Shown: positions 12,217 through 22,832 of the stretch, piece after piece
Numbering within the stretch: the first letter of the stretch is position 1
Layout of the letters: the number at the start of each line of letters is the position of its first letter
Source of the DNA: an uncultured Pelagibacteraceae bacterium
Lineage (GTDB): Bacteria > Pseudomonadota > Alphaproteobacteria > Pelagibacterales > Pelagibacteraceae
Direction: 5' to 3'
Assembly (NCBI GenBank): GCA_902558705.1
Contig: CACEEW010000002.1
Span: 12,547-76,546 of the forward strand
DNA length: 64,000 bases
The notes under the pieces: generated by a model
Database searches by the model: none
Told to the model about the DNA's origin: nothing
The model's input: the letters and a program-made list of their open reading frames with translations, nothing else
Translations under genes and position numbers: made by a program

Positions 12217-12522
12217 ATGGCTAAGTTAAGTTCAATTAATAAAAATAATAAAAGAATTAAACTATCTAATAGATTTTATTCAAAGAGAGAAAAATTAAAA
12301 AAAATTGTTATGAATAAAAAACTTCCATTAGAGGAACGATTTAAAGCTCAACAAAAATTATCAAAATTACCTAGAAACTCAGCAAAGGTCAGAGTTATGA
12401 ATAGATGCCAAATAACTGGAAGACCACATGGAGTTTATAGAAAATTAAAAATATCAAGAATAGCGTTAAGACAACTTGGTTTACAAGGAAAGATACCAGG
12501 TTTAGTTAAATCAAGTTGGTAG
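12217..12522 (+). CDS. rpsN: 30S ribosomal protein S14 (long, Zn-free type)
   Basis: [25 protein letters not shown]; 101 aa with a single Cys. Confidence 0.98.
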   Translation: MAKLSSINKNNKRIKLSNRFYSKREKLKKIVMNKKLPLEERFKAQQKLSKLPRNSAKVRVMNRCQITGRPHGVYRKLKISRIALRQLGLQGKIPGLVKSSW

Positions 12523-12532
12523 AAAGGAATAT

Positions 12533-12928
12533 ATGAGTTTAAGTGATCCAATTGGAGATATGATAGCAAGAATTAAAAATGCTCAAGTGAGAAATCATAA
12601 AAAGGTAGATTTACCTTCATCTAATTTTAAGATGAAAATAGCAGATATTCTAAAAAATGAAGGATTTATAAAAGATTTTAAAATTAATAAAGAAAATAAT
12701 AAATCACTTTTATCCTTAGAACTTAAATATCACTCAGGCAATCCAGTTATAAGTACATTTGAAAGAGTTTCTAAACCTGGTAGAAGAATATTTTCAAGTG
12801 CTGATAGTTTACCTAAAATTAATAATGGATTAGGTATTGCTATCGTATCAACTCCAAAAGGAGTTATGACTGATATAGACGCAAGAAAACAAAAAGTTGG
12901 TGGCGAAATAATTTGTAAGGTATTTTAA
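12533..12928 (+). CDS. rpsH: 30S ribosomal protein S8
   Basis: DPIGDMIARIKNA, SKPGRR, STPKGVMT. Confidence 0.99.
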   Translation: MSLSDPIGDMIARIKNAQVRNHKKVDLPSSNFKMKIADILKNEGFIKDFKINKENNKSLLSLELKYHSGNPVISTFERVSKPGRRIFSSADSLPKINNGLGIAIVSTPKGVMTDIDARKQKVGGEIICKVF

Positions 12929-13467
12929 TGTCTAAAATTGGTAAAATAAATATTTCTATTCCTGAAAAAGTAAAAGTGGTTTTAGCAGGTAATATTCTAA
13001 ATATAGAGGGCCCACTAGGAAAAAAATCTATAAATATTAATTTAGAGATTTTTAATCTTGATATTAAAGATGGTAAGGAAATTTCTATTAAACCCAAAAA
13101 AATTGATCCAGAGACAAAAAGATTATGGGGAATGAATAGAAGTTTAATTAATAATGCAGTTATAGGATCTAGTGCTGGATATGAAAAGGTACTTGAATTA
13201 ATTGGAGTAGGATACCGAGCTACCTTAAAAGGAAATCAGCTAAATTTACAATTAGGATATAGTCACGATATTAATTTTGATATCCCAGAAGGAATAAAAA
13301 TTGCTGTTGAAAAGCAGACAACTCTAAAAATTACAGGTGCAGACAAACAACAAGTAGGAGCTGTTGCCTCAAAACTTAAAACTTTAAGAAAAATAGAACC
13401 ATATAAAGGTAAAGGTGTTAGAGAAAAAGGACAATATGTTCTAAAAAAAGAGGGAAAGAAAAAATAA
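12928..13467 (+). CDS. rplF: 50S ribosomal protein L6
   Basis: [20 protein letters not shown]. Confidence 0.99.
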   Translation: MSKIGKINISIPEKVKVVLAGNILNIEGPLGKKSININLEIFNLDIKDGKEISIKPKKIDPETKRLWGMNRSLINNAVIGSSAGYEKVLELIGVGYRATLKGNQLNLQLGYSHDINFDIPEGIKIAVEKQTTLKITGADKQQVGAVASKLKTLRKIEPYKGKGVREKGQYVLKKEGKKK

Positions 13468-13823
13468 TGAAATTAAATACAACTAAAAGAAAAAGGTTTA
13501 GAGTCAGTAATAAAGTAAAAAAAGTCTCTCCAAAGGATAGGTTTAGATTAAGTATTTCTAGATCATCTAAAAATATATCTGCACAAATTATTGATGACCA
13601 AAAAAATATAACACTTTTATCAGCTTCATCTATAGAAAAAGATATTAAATCTGGAACAAAAACTAATAAAACTGAACTATCAAAAATTGTTGCAGAAAAA
13701 TTAGCAAAAAAAGCACAAGAAAAGAAAATAACGAAGATTTATTTTGATAGAGGTATTTATAAGTATCATGGGAGAGTAAAGATTTTTGCAGAAACTCTTC
13801 GTAAAAATGGAATGGAGTTTTAA
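13467..13823 (+). CDS. rplR: 50S ribosomal protein L18
   Basis: [18 protein letters not shown]. Confidence 0.98.
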   Translation: MKLNTTKRKRFRVSNKVKKVSPKDRFRLSISRSSKNISAQIIDDQKNITLLSASSIEKDIKSGTKTNKTELSKIVAEKLAKKAQEKKITKIYFDRGIYKYHGRVKIFAETLRKNGMEF

Positions 13824-13825
13824 AA

Positions 13826-14341
13826 ATGGAAAATTTTAAAGACAAAAAGAACGATGATATATTAGAAAAATTAGTCCATATAAATCGTATTACAAAAGTT
13901 GTAAAAGGTGGAAGAAGATTTGGATTTTCTGCATTAGTTGTAGTTGGTAATCAGTCAGGTAAAATTGGTATAGCACATGCAAAAGCTAAACAAGTTCCTG
14001 ATGCTATTAAGAAAGCAAATGAAATGGCAAGAAGAAAATTAATTCACATTCCATTAAGAGAAGGAAGAACTATTCATCATGATGTTAAAGCAAAAGATGG
14101 ATCGGGAAGAATTGTATTAAGAGCTGCATCAAAGGGGACAGGTATAATAGCAGGTGGCCCTGTAAGAGCTGTATGTGAAGTTTTAGGAGTAAGAGATATT
14201 GTTGCTAAATCAATGGGTACTTCAAATGCACATAATGTTATAAGAGCCACAATGAAAGCGTTATTAAAACAAAACTCTCCAAAACAAATATCATCAATTA
14301 GAAATAAAAAAATTTCAGAAATTATTGAAAAAAGAGGATAA
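13826..14341 (+). CDS. rpsE: 30S ribosomal protein S5
   Basis: KVVKGGRRFGFSALVVVG, GTGIIAGG. Confidence 0.99.
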   Translation: MENFKDKKNDDILEKLVHINRITKVVKGGRRFGFSALVVVGNQSGKIGIAHAKAKQVPDAIKKANEMARRKLIHIPLREGRTIHHDVKAKDGSGRIVLRAASKGTGIIAGGPVRAVCEVLGVRDIVAKSMGTSNAHNVIRATMKALLKQNSPKQISSIRNKKISEIIEKRG

Positions 14342-14793
14342 TGATAAGTTTAAATAACAGAACTAAAAGAAATAAAACAAAAATTAGAGTTGGCAGAGGT
14401 ATTGGCTCAGGAAAAGGTAAAACATCAGGTAGAGGTGTTAAAGGTCAAAAATCTAGATCAGGTGTTGCAATAAAAAGTTTTGAGGGTGGTCAAATGCCTC
14501 TATATAGAAGATTGCCTAAAAGAGGTTTTAATCCAGTTAGTAAAGACAATATTGCAATTTTAAATCTAGATAAAATTCAATCATATATTGATAAAAAAAA
14601 TATTAAGAGTTCTGATATTTTGAATTCAGATCTGTTAAAAAAGTTGAGCTTGATAAATAAAAACTCAGTAAAATTAAAAATCTTAGGGTCAGGTGTGATT
14701 AAAGATAAAATTAATATTGAAGCAGATTTGGCATCTAAATCAGCTGTAGAGAAACTAGAAAAAATTGGTGGATCTATTCAATTAAAGAAATAG
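14341..14793 (+). CDS. rplO: 50S ribosomal protein L15
   Basis: RVGRGIGSGKGKTSGRG, FEGGQMPLYRRLPKRGF. Confidence 0.99.
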   Translation: MISLNNRTKRNKTKIRVGRGIGSGKGKTSGRGVKGQKSRSGVAIKSFEGGQMPLYRRLPKRGFNPVSKDNIAILNLDKIQSYIDKKNIKSSDILNSDLLKKLSLINKNSVKLKILGSGVIKDKINIEADLASKSAVEKLEKIGGSIQLKK

Positions 14794-14803
14794 ATATTAT
14801 TAA

Positions 14804-16084
14804 ATGAGCTCTTCACCCTCAAATAATGATTTAAGAAATAGAATACTATTTACTCTAGCAATTTTAACAGTGTATCGATTTGGTACATTTGTCCCTTTAC
14901 CTGGAATTGATCCTGAACAGTTAAAAATTATGATGGAAGGTAATCAGAAGGGATTACTAGGTATGTTCAACGTATTTGCTGGTGGAGCTGTCAGTAGAAT
15001 GGCTATATTTGCTTTAGGTATCATGCCATACATTTCATCTGCTATTATTGTACAACTTTTAGCTGGAGTATCAGATTATTTTAAGAATTTAAAATCACAA
15101 GGAGAAACAGGCAGAGCTAAATTAACTCAGATTACTCGGTACGGTACTGTTCTATTAGCAACTGTACAAGGTTTTGGACTTGCAGTTGGATTAGAGTCTT
15201 CAGCAGGTTTAGTAATTAATCCTGGAATTTTTTTTAAAATTTCAACTGTTACAACTATAGTTGCTGGTACAATTTTTTTAATGTGGCTTGGTGAACAGAT
15301 CACTCAAAGAGGAATAGGTAATGGTATTTCTCTAATTATTTTTGCCGGTATAGTTGCTGAAATTCCAAGAGCATTAGTAACAACTTTTGAACTCGGAAGG
15401 ACTGGAGCTATTTCTACAATTATGATTTTAGCAATATTTGTATTATTGATTGTTACAGTATTATTTGTAGTTTTTATGGAAAGGGCACTAAGAAAAATAT
15501 TGATTAATTATCCTAAAAGACAAATGGGTAATAAAATGTATGGTGGTGAGTCATCGCATCTTCCATTAAAGATTAATATGGCTGGAGTTATCCCTGCAAT
15601 TTTTGCATCAGCTTTATTGTTGTTACCTGTGACTTTTTCGAACTTTAATATTTCAGATAACGAAACATTTTTAAATATAAGTTCTTTCTTTACTCAAGGC
15701 CAACCCCTTTACATGTTACTTTATGGATCAGGAATAATATTTTTTACTTTTTTTTATACTTCGATTACTTTTAATCCAACAGAGACAGCTGACAATTTAA
15801 GAAAATATGGTGGTTTTATTCCAGGAATAAGACCAGGTGAAAGCACAGCAATATATATCGAAAATATTTTGACCAAATTAACTACTATTGGAGCATTATA
15901 TTTAACATTAGTTTGTCTAATGCCTGAGTTTTTAATTGCAAACTATCCAATACCTTTTTATTTGGGTGGTGCTTCAATTTTGATTGTTGTTGTAGTAGCG
16001 ATAGATACAGTTACTCAAATTCAAACAAGATTAATGAGTTCCCAATATGAACAATTAATAAAAAAAACAAAATTTGGTAGATAA
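14804..16084 (+). CDS. secY: Preprotein translocase subunit SecY
   Basis: IFALGIMPYIS, WLGEQIT..GIGNGISL, FIPGIRPG; multiple TM segments. Confidence 0.99.
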   Translation: MSSSPSNNDLRNRILFTLAILTVYRFGTFVPLPGIDPEQLKIMMEGNQKGLLGMFNVFAGGAVSRMAIFALGIMPYISSAIIVQLLAGVSDYFKNLKSQGETGRAKLTQITRYGTVLLATVQGFGLAVGLESSAGLVINPGIFFKISTVTTIVAGTIFLMWLGEQITQRGIGNGISLIIFAGIVAEIPRALVTTFELGRTGAISTIMILAIFVLLIVTVLFVVFMERALRKILINYPKRQMGNKMYGGESSHLPLKINMAGVIPAIFASALLLLPVTFSNFNISDNETFLNISSFFTQGQPLYMLLYGSGIIFFTFFYTSITFNPTETADNLRKYGGFIPGIRPGESTAIYIENILTKLTTIGALYLTLVCLMPEFLIANYPIPFYLGGASILIVVVVAIDTVTQIQTRLMSSQYEQLIKKTKFGR

Positions 16085-16089
16085 GACAA

Positions 16090-16653
16090 GTGAATCTGAT
16101 TTTATTTGGACCTCCTGGTGCTGGTAAAGGTACTCAAGCAAGATATTTAGTTGAAAAGTTAAATGGTTTTCAAATATCTACAGGTGACATGTTGAGAAAT
16201 GAAATTCAAAATAATACTGAAATAGGAAAATTAATAATTAATGATATGAATGATGGAAAGTTTGTAAATGATGAAATTGTTAACAAACTGATAGATAAAG
16301 CAATATCTGATCCAATTAAAAAAAATAAGTTAATTTTTGATGGATACCCAAGGTCAATAAAACAAGCTCAAAATTTAGATTTATTGTTAAGTAACTCAAA
16401 CCAAAAAATAAATTTTATTTTTTTTCTAAATGTAAATAAAGAGACTATAATTAAAAGAATTGAAAAAAGAAAAGTTTTAGAAAACAGGACTGACGATGAA
16501 TTGGATATTATTTTAAAAAGATACGACAAATACAGGGAAACGACTAATCCAGTCTTAGATTTTTACTCTAAAAATCCAAATTTTTATGAAATTGATGGCA
16601 GTCTTAAAATTGAGCAAATTACTGCCAAAATAGAAGGTTTTCTTAATGTTTAA
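16090..16653 (+). CDS. adk: Adenylate kinase (short-LID type)
   Basis: GPPGAGKGTQ, STGDMLR, DGYPRS, R.DD; GTG start, 187 aa. Confidence 0.97.
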   Translation: MNLILFGPPGAGKGTQARYLVEKLNGFQISTGDMLRNEIQNNTEIGKLIINDMNDGKFVNDEIVNKLIDKAISDPIKKNKLIFDGYPRSIKQAQNLDLLLSNSNQKINFIFFLNVNKETIIKRIEKRKVLENRTDDELDIILKRYDKYRETTNPVLDFYSKNPNFYEIDGSLKIEQITAKIEGFLNV

Positions 16654-16657
16654 TGCG

Positions 16658-16685
16658 TTGACTTTAAAAGATCTTCTTATATAAA
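16658..16685 (+). promoter_or_regulatory. Putative sigma70 promoter of the alpha operon (rpsM)
   Basis: TTGACT (16658-63), 16 nt, TATAAA (16680-85) in the adk-rpsM gap. Confidence 0.6.
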
Positions 16686-16708
16686 AGTCTGAAATTTATC
16701 ACTTATTT

Positions 16709-17092
16709 ATGGCTCGTATTGCAGGAATTAATATCCCACAGAATAAATTAGTTCATATTGGACTTACATATATTTATGGTATTGGTGATAGATTTTCAAA
16801 ACAAATCTGTTCTTCTCTTGAAATACCCAAAGAAAAAAGAGTTAATCAATTAACTGACGAAGAGATTTTAAAAATACGTGAGTATATAGATCAAAATTTT
16901 AAAGTAGAAGGTGATTTAAGAAGAGATTATTCTTTAAGTATAAAAAGATTAATTGATTTAGCTTCTTACAGAGGCTCTAGACACAGAAAAAAATTACCCG
17001 TAAGAGGTCAAAGAACTAGATGCAATGCTAGAACTAGAAAAGGTAAAGCAATCGCTATTGCTGGTAAGAAATTAACCCCACTTAAAAAATAA
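16709..17092 (+). CDS. rpsM: 30S ribosomal protein S13
   Basis: [26 protein letters not shown]. Confidence 0.99.
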   Translation: MARIAGINIPQNKLVHIGLTYIYGIGDRFSKQICSSLEIPKEKRVNQLTDEEILKIREYIDQNFKVEGDLRRDYSLSIKRLIDLASYRGSRHRKKLPVRGQRTRCNARTRKGKAIAIAGKKLTPLKK

Positions 17093-17094
17093 TT

Positions 17095-17544
17095 ATGGCA
17101 AAAATCGAAAAACCAGAGGGAAAAGATCAAAACGTAGATAAGTCTTCAAAAAAATCAAATAAAAGTTCTTATTCCAAAAAAAAAAAAATTAAAAAAAATA
17201 TCTTAAATGGTATTGCATATGTTCAATCTACATTTAACAATACAATTATATCAATAGCTGATACTAATGGAAATGTAATTTCATGGGCTTCAGCAGGTCA
17301 AAAAGGTTTTAAGGGTTCAAGAAAATCAACACCATATGCTGCACAGATAGCAGCTGATGCGGCGGCTTCAAAAGCCCTAGAGTTTGGAATGAAGACTTTA
17401 TCTGTAGAGGTTAAGGGACCTGGTTCAGGTAGAGAAACTGCTTTAAGAGCTTTACAAGCAAGAGGATTTAGAATTTTATCAATTAAAGATACAACACCAA
17501 TGCCACATAATGGTACGCGACCACCAAAAAAAAGGAGAGTTTAA
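17095..17544 (+). CDS. rpsK: 30S ribosomal protein S11
   Basis: [31 protein letters not shown]; extended Lys-rich N-terminus. Confidence 0.99.
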   Translation: MAKIEKPEGKDQNVDKSSKKSNKSSYSKKKKIKKNILNGIAYVQSTFNNTIISIADTNGNVISWASAGQKGFKGSRKSTPYAAQIAADAAASKALEFGMKTLSVEVKGPGSGRETALRALQARGFRILSIKDTTPMPHNGTRPPKKRRV

Positions 17545-18572
17545 TGGAAGTAGAAAATGTGAATATTAAAAATTGGAAATCATTAATTAAACCAGCAAAA
17601 CTTGATGTAAAAATAAGTGATGATTTGACTCACGCAACTATAGTAGCAGAACCTCTTGAGAAAGGTTATGGACTAACACTTGGAAATTCCTTGAGAAGAA
17701 TTTTATTATCCTCGATAAGAGGCGCAGCTGTTACCTCAATTCAAATTGATGGTGTTCTTCATGAATTTACGTCTATAAAAGGTGTAAGAGAAGATGTTAC
17801 AGACATTGTTTTAAATGTTAAATCTTTAGCTCTAAAATGCACTACTGAAGGAACTAAAAAACTTGTTTTAGATGCAAAAGGTCCTGGTGAAATTAAAGCC
17901 TCAGATATTACTTCAGTTGCTAATGTTGAAATACTAAATCCAGATTTAGTTATTTGTAATTTAGATGAAAATACTAATTTTCATATGGAAATGAATTTGA
18001 ATACTGGAAAAGGTTATGTACCAGCAGATCTTAATAAACCTGAAGAGCCACCTTTAGGTCTAATAGCAATTGACTCATTATATAGTCCAGTTAAAAAAGT
18101 TTCTTACTCTGTAAGTACAGCTAGAGAAGGTAAAGCTTTAGATTACGATAAATTGACTATGGAAGTTGAAACTAATGGTTCCATTTCTGCAGAAGACGCT
18201 GTAGCTTATTCAGCTAGAATATTCCAAGATCAATTAAAAATGTTCATAAATTTTGATGAACCAGTTGAAGTACCTGTGAAAGAAATATCATCAGAGCCAG
18301 AATTTAACAAAAATTTGTTGAGAAAAGTTGATGAACTTGAGCTTTCAGTAAGATCAATGAATTGTTTAAAAAATGATAATATTATTTATATTGGTGATCT
18401 TGTCCAAAAATCTGAAGGTGAAATGCTTAGAACTCCCAATTTTGGAAGAAAATCTTTAAATGAAATAAAAGAGGTATTAACTGGAATGTCATTATATTTA
18501 GGTATGGAAATTCCTAATTGGCCTCCTGATAATATTGCTGAAATGTCTAAAAAATTAGAGGAAGCTATATAA
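17544..18572 (+). CDS. rpoA: RNA polymerase alpha subunit
   Basis: [39 protein letters not shown]. Confidence 0.99.
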   Translation: MEVENVNIKNWKSLIKPAKLDVKISDDLTHATIVAEPLEKGYGLTLGNSLRRILLSSIRGAAVTSIQIDGVLHEFTSIKGVREDVTDIVLNVKSLALKCTTEGTKKLVLDAKGPGEIKASDITSVANVEILNPDLVICNLDENTNFHMEMNLNTGKGYVPADLNKPEEPPLGLIAIDSLYSPVKKVSYSVSTAREGKALDYDKLTMEVETNGSISAEDAVAYSARIFQDQLKMFINFDEPVEVPVKEISSEPEFNKNLLRKVDELELSVRSMNCLKNDNIIYIGDLVQKSEGEMLRTPNFGRKSLNEIKEVLTGMSLYLGMEIPNWPPDNIAEMSKKLEEAI

Positions 18573-19015
18573 TGAGACATGGAATAGCAAATAAGAAGTT
18601 AAACAGAACCTCTGAGCATAGAAAAGCTCTTCTTAAAAACATGCTAAATTCACTTGTTAAGTACGAACAAATTAAAACTACTTTACCTAAAGCTAAATTT
18701 TTAAAACCACAAGCCGATAAATTAATTACTTTAGGTAAAAAAGATACATTACATAATACTAAAATTCTAGTTTCTCAACTACAAGATATTAAATCAGCTA
18801 CTAAGGTTAAAAAAACTTTATCAAAGAGATATGAAAAAAGAGCCGGGGGGTATACTCGAATAATTAAGGCTGGCTTTAGATACGGCGATAATGCACCTAT
18901 GGCAATAATTGAATTTGTAGATAGAGATATTGAAGCTAAAAAAGTTGATAAAAAGAAAAAAGATCCCACAAAAGAAGTTGAAAAAAAAGAAGAAAAAAAA
19001 ACAGCGACAGCTTAA
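18572..19015 (+). CDS. rplQ: 50S ribosomal protein L17
   Basis: MRHG, IKTTLPKAK, GGYTRIIK, GDNAPMAIIE; charged C-terminal tail. Confidence 0.99.
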   Translation: MRHGIANKKLNRTSEHRKALLKNMLNSLVKYEQIKTTLPKAKFLKPQADKLITLGKKDTLHNTKILVSQLQDIKSATKVKKTLSKRYEKRAGGYTRIIKAGFRYGDNAPMAIIEFVDRDIEAKKVDKKKKDPTKEVEKKEEKKTATA

Positions 19016-19032
19016 TATCTGTAAATTAAATC

Positions 19033-19950
19033 ATGATCAAAAGTTATATCGTTGACTCAACGTTTAACAATATGCGTTTTGATAGATGGTTAAGAATAAA
19101 ATTGGGTAAAGTACCTCAAGGTTTAATAGAAAAAAATTTAAGATTAGGAAAAATTAAAATCAATAAAAAAAAGGTTAAAAGCTCATTTAAAATAAAAACT
19201 AATGATAAAGTTGATATTTTTAATTTGAATTTTGAAGAAAAAGTTAACCAAAAAAAGATTAAATTTTCACCTTCAAATGAAGTCATAAAAGCTAACGAAG
19301 ATTTAATTATAGATAACAATGATGATTTCGTTGTTTTAAATAAAAGTTCTGGCATTTCAGTGCAGGGTGGAACAAAATCAAAAAAAAATTTGATTGATAT
19401 TTTTACAAAAAGTGAAATTTTTCATGGAACAAAACCATATTCAGTTCATCGTTTAGATAAAGATACTTCAGGTGTTTTTATGATGGCCAAAAACAGAGAA
19501 ACTGCTCAATTATTAACGTCATTATTCAGATTAAGAAAAGTCCATAAAACTTACTTGGCTATATGTAATGGAGAATTAGAAAAAAACTCTGGTCAATGGA
19601 GCGAAGAATTAATTAGATATGAAAATGGAAAAAAAATTATAGAAAAAGCACAAACAACTTTTAAAGTTTTAGATAAAAATTCAAATTCTACATTAGTTGA
19701 GATGAAACCAATTACTGGAAGAAAACATCAGCTCAGAAAACAATTATTTAACATTGGTCACTCCATTTATGGGGATAAAAAATACAGATCTTCTACTTCT
19801 GATAAAGGTATTAATAAAGATTTAATGCTTCATTCTTATCAAATTAGATTCATTATAAAGGATAAAAGATATACCTATAGAGCTCTTATACCTGATTATT
19901 TTAAAAAATTATTAAAAACTAAAAGACTTAATTTTGTAGGTTTGAAATAA
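19033..19950 (+). CDS. RluA-family (RluC/RluD-like) 23S rRNA pseudouridine synthase with S4 domain
   Basis: Catalytic [22 protein letters not shown]; N-terminal S4-like region. Confidence 0.93.
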   Translation: MIKSYIVDSTFNNMRFDRWLRIKLGKVPQGLIEKNLRLGKIKINKKKVKSSFKIKTNDKVDIFNLNFEEKVNQKKIKFSPSNEVIKANEDLIIDNNDDFVVLNKSSGISVQGGTKSKKNLIDIFTKSEIFHGTKPYSVHRLDKDTSGVFMMAKNRETAQLLTSLFRLRKVHKTYLAICNGELEKNSGQWSEELIRYENGKKIIEKAQTTFKVLDKNSNSTLVEMKPITGRKHQLRKQLFNIGHSIYGDKKYRSSTSDKGINKDLMLHSYQIRFIIKDKRYTYRALIPDYFKKLLKTKRLNFVGLK

Positions 19951-20548
19951 AATTTTTAATTATTCGATCTTTTAAATCTGCATAACTTTGATTATTAATA
20001 GTTTTTAAGTTAGTTATATCTTTATCTTTTATTCCACATGGTATTATTGCATCGTATTTCTTTAGATCGTTATCTATATTAATTGAAAACCCGTGATAAG
20101 CGATCCATTTACTAACCCTCACACCAATAGCTGCAACTTTTTTAATTTCTGAATTATCATTATACCATATCCCAATATTTTCCTTATCAGAAAAAGTATT
20201 TATGTCGTATGATTTAAGTGAGTCTATAATAGTCTTTTCAATAATAGATATAAAATTTCTAATATCTTTTTTAATCTTTTTTAAATCAATCACAAAATAA
20301 CAAATTAATTGACCAGGACCGTGGTATGTAATCTTGCCTCCTCTGTTAGTTTTAATTATATTAATAGATTTATCCAATATTTCATTTTCTTTATAACTTG
20401 TTCCAGCTGTATAAATATTCTCATGCTCTAAAACCCAAATTAAATCTTTAGATTTTTTTTGGTCAATTTGTAATAACCTATCTTCCATTAATCTTAAAGC
20501 TTCCTCATATTTTACCAGTTTTTTGGACTTTTTAATTTCTATATTCAT
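19928..20548 (-). CDS. lipB: Lipoyl(octanoyl) transferase
   Basis: [37 protein letters not shown]. Confidence 0.97.
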   Translation of the reverse strand: MNIEIKKSKKLVKYEEALRLMEDRLLQIDQKKSKDLIWVLEHENIYTAGTSYKENEILDKSINIIKTNRGGKITYHGPGQLICYFVIDLKKIKKDIRNFISIIEKTIIDSLKSYDINTFSDKENIGIWYNDNSEIKKVAAIGVRVSKWIAYHGFSINIDNDLKKYDAIIPCGIKDKDITNLKTINNQSYADLKDRIIKNFISNLQN

Positions 20549-20608
20549 TTAAAAATTGTATTCTTTATATTATGTATTAAAAGTTCGATCAGAATAATAG
20601 GTAAATTT

Positions 20609-21982
20609 ATGACTTTAATAAAAAAAATCAAAGATAAAAAAGTCAATTTTGAATTCAATAAAGAATATATAAAAGTTGTTACAGACAAGATCTCTAGTAA
20701 TGATGCACCTTTTATAACAAATTCTTTTAAAGAAATGCATCCAGCAGATGCTGCTGATATTATTGAACATTTAGGTCAAAATGATAGAGAAAATTTAATT
20801 AAACTTAACAACTTTAAGATTGATCCAGAAGTATTTGTAGAATTAAATGAGTCAGTTCAATCTGAAATAACTAAATATCTTTCATCTGATGCAATTGTTA
20901 GCATTTTAAAAAATCTCGAGTCAGATGATGCAATAGCTATATTAGAAAAGGTTGATGAGAAAGATAAAAACTCTATTTTAAGCTTATTACCTCCTAAAGA
21001 TCGTTTTGCACTTCTAGAGGGACTTAGTTATCCAGAAGACAGTGCAGCAAGAATAATGCAACGAGAATTTACCGCCATACCAAGCAATTGGTCTGTTGGA
21101 CAAACCATTGATTATCTTAGAGAAAATAAAGATTTACCTCAAGAATTTTTAGAAATTTATATAGTAGATGAAAATTTTAAACCAATAGGTGCAGTTCCAT
21201 CTTCTAAAGTTTTGCGAACAGCAAGAGAAGACAAAATGTCATCAATCATGGATGACTCTATTTTTTTAGTTCCAGTTGATATGGATAGAGAAGAGGTTGG
21301 TAACTCATTTGAAAATTATGGTTTAAATTCAGCATGTGTAGTAGATAAAAATAATAAACTTGTAGGAATGATTACATCTGATGATGTACTTACAGTCTTA
21401 AAAGAAGAAGCTGAAGAAGATGCATTAAGATTAGCAGGAGTTGGTGATGAAGAAATTACAGATGGTGTAATTACAAAAACTAAAAGAAGATTTAATTGGC
21501 TTTTATTAAATCTATTTACAGCATTTCTAGCAACTTATTGTATTAGTTTATTTGGAGCAACAATAGAACAAATGGTTGTCTTAGCATTTTTAATGCCAAT
21601 TGTAGCTTCAATGGGTGGTAATGCTGGAATGCAAACTTTAGCTGTAACAGTGAGAACCTTAGCTACAAATGATTTGACAAAAAATAATTTCAATCAAAAC
21701 ATTTTAAAAGAGTTTAATATAGGAATTTTAAATGGAGTTATTTTTGCTGTTATAAGCTCATTTATTGTTCAATTATGGTTTCAAGATGTTTTACTTTCAT
21801 TAATCATTTCAATCTCAATGATCTTAACAATGGTAGTTGCAGGTTTGTTTGGAATAGTTGTACCAGTGACACTAAAAAAAATGAATATAGATCCTGCTAT
21901 AGCGTCAAGTGTTTTTGTAACAACAATAACTGATGTGATAGGATTTGTATCTTTTTTAGGAGTAGGAGCCTATTTTTTATAG
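20609..21982 (+). CDS. mgtE: Magnesium transporter MgtE
   Basis: MgtE-N, CBS pair, WLLLNL, PIVASMGGNAGMQ, DPAIAS..FVTTITD. Confidence 0.97.
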   Translation: MTLIKKIKDKKVNFEFNKEYIKVVTDKISSNDAPFITNSFKEMHPADAADIIEHLGQNDRENLIKLNNFKIDPEVFVELNESVQSEITKYLSSDAIVSILKNLESDDAIAILEKVDEKDKNSILSLLPPKDRFALLEGLSYPEDSAARIMQREFTAIPSNWSVGQTIDYLRENKDLPQEFLEIYIVDENFKPIGAVPSSKVLRTAREDKMSSIMDDSIFLVPVDMDREEVGNSFENYGLNSACVVDKNNKLVGMITSDDVLTVLKEEAEEDALRLAGVGDEEITDGVITKTKRRFNWLLLNLFTAFLATYCISLFGATIEQMVVLAFLMPIVASMGGNAGMQTLAVTVRTLATNDLTKNNFNQNILKEFNIGILNGVIFAVISSFIVQLWFQDVLLSLIISISMILTMVVAGLFGIVVPVTLKKMNIDPAIASSVFVTTITDVIGFVSFLGVGAYFL

Positions 21983-21985
21983 TTA

Positions 21986-22798
21986 TTAAATATTATCAAT
22001 TAATCTAATTTTATCTAAATAAAAAGCAATAAATAGTTTTGAATTTTTAATCTTATTACTGACTTTTAAATTTTTTTCATTTATTAACTCTAAATACTCA
22101 ATATCAACATTAAATAACTGACTAAGTTTAATTTTTTGATTATATATAATTTTTTTTAAATCTTTAACTTTAGATAAACTTTTTTTAAAATTTATTAAAT
22201 TTTGTATTAATTTTTCTGCTTTTGATAAAGCAGTCTTTTCTAATAATAAATTTCTTGATGATAGAGCTAATTTATTTGAATTTCTAACTGTTTTGCAGGG
22301 AACTACTCTACTTTTATATTTTTTTTCAATGTATTTTTTAACTAAAAATAATTGTTGGAAGTCTTTTAAACCCATAAAAACGTATTTTGGTGAAATCTTA
22401 TTTACCAATCTATCCATCACATCTAATACACCTTCAAAATGACCAGTTCTGTATTTAGCACACAATATTTTGTCTTTTTTTTTTAGTTTTATTTTTTTTG
22501 TTCTTTTATAATCATAAATATCTTCAGTATTAGGAAGATATACAAAATCGACATTTAATCTTTTTAAAATAGACAAATCTTTTTTTTTATTTCTAGGATA
22601 TTTTGTAAAATCATTTTTATTATTAAACTGTGTATGATTAATAAAAATACTTACTATAGTCTTATTAGTTTTTCTTAAGGATTCTTTTATTAATGAAATA
22701 TGTCCTTTGTGCAAGCTACCCATAGTTGGAACAAAACCTAAATTTTTGACATTTTTTAATGCCTCATTTAAATCATTATTATTTAATAAAATTTTCAT
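21986..22798 (-). CDS. panC: Pantothenate synthetase
   Basis: GFVPTMGSLHKGH, KYPR, R.GHFEGV, G.KDFQQ, ALSSRN. Confidence 0.96.
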   Translation of the reverse strand: MKILLNNNDLNEALKNVKNLGFVPTMGSLHKGHISLIKESLRKTNKTIVSIFINHTQFNNKNDFTKYPRNKKKDLSILKRLNVDFVYLPNTEDIYDYKRTKKIKLKKKDKILCAKYRTGHFEGVLDVMDRLVNKISPKYVFMGLKDFQQLFLVKKYIEKKYKSRVVPCKTVRNSNKLALSSRNLLLEKTALSKAEKLIQNLINFKKSLSKVKDLKKIIYNQKIKLSQLFNVDIEYLELINEKNLKVSNKIKNSKLFIAFYLDKIRLIDNI

Positions 22799-22826
22799 TT
22801 GTATAAAACGATTTTATAAGTAAAAC
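22799..22826 (+). promoter_or_regulatory. Putative galU promoter containing a palindrome
   Basis: TTGTAT (22799-804), 16 nt, TAAAAC (22821-26), ATG 6 nt later; TATAAAA-CGA-TTTTATA inverted repeat at 22802-18. Confidence 0.4.
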
Positions 22827-22832
22827 ATTTAA

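Noticed and set aside
16654-16708. map, infA and rpmJ missing between adk and rpsM
   Set aside because: secY-adk-rpsM is the normal alphaproteobacterial arrangement.
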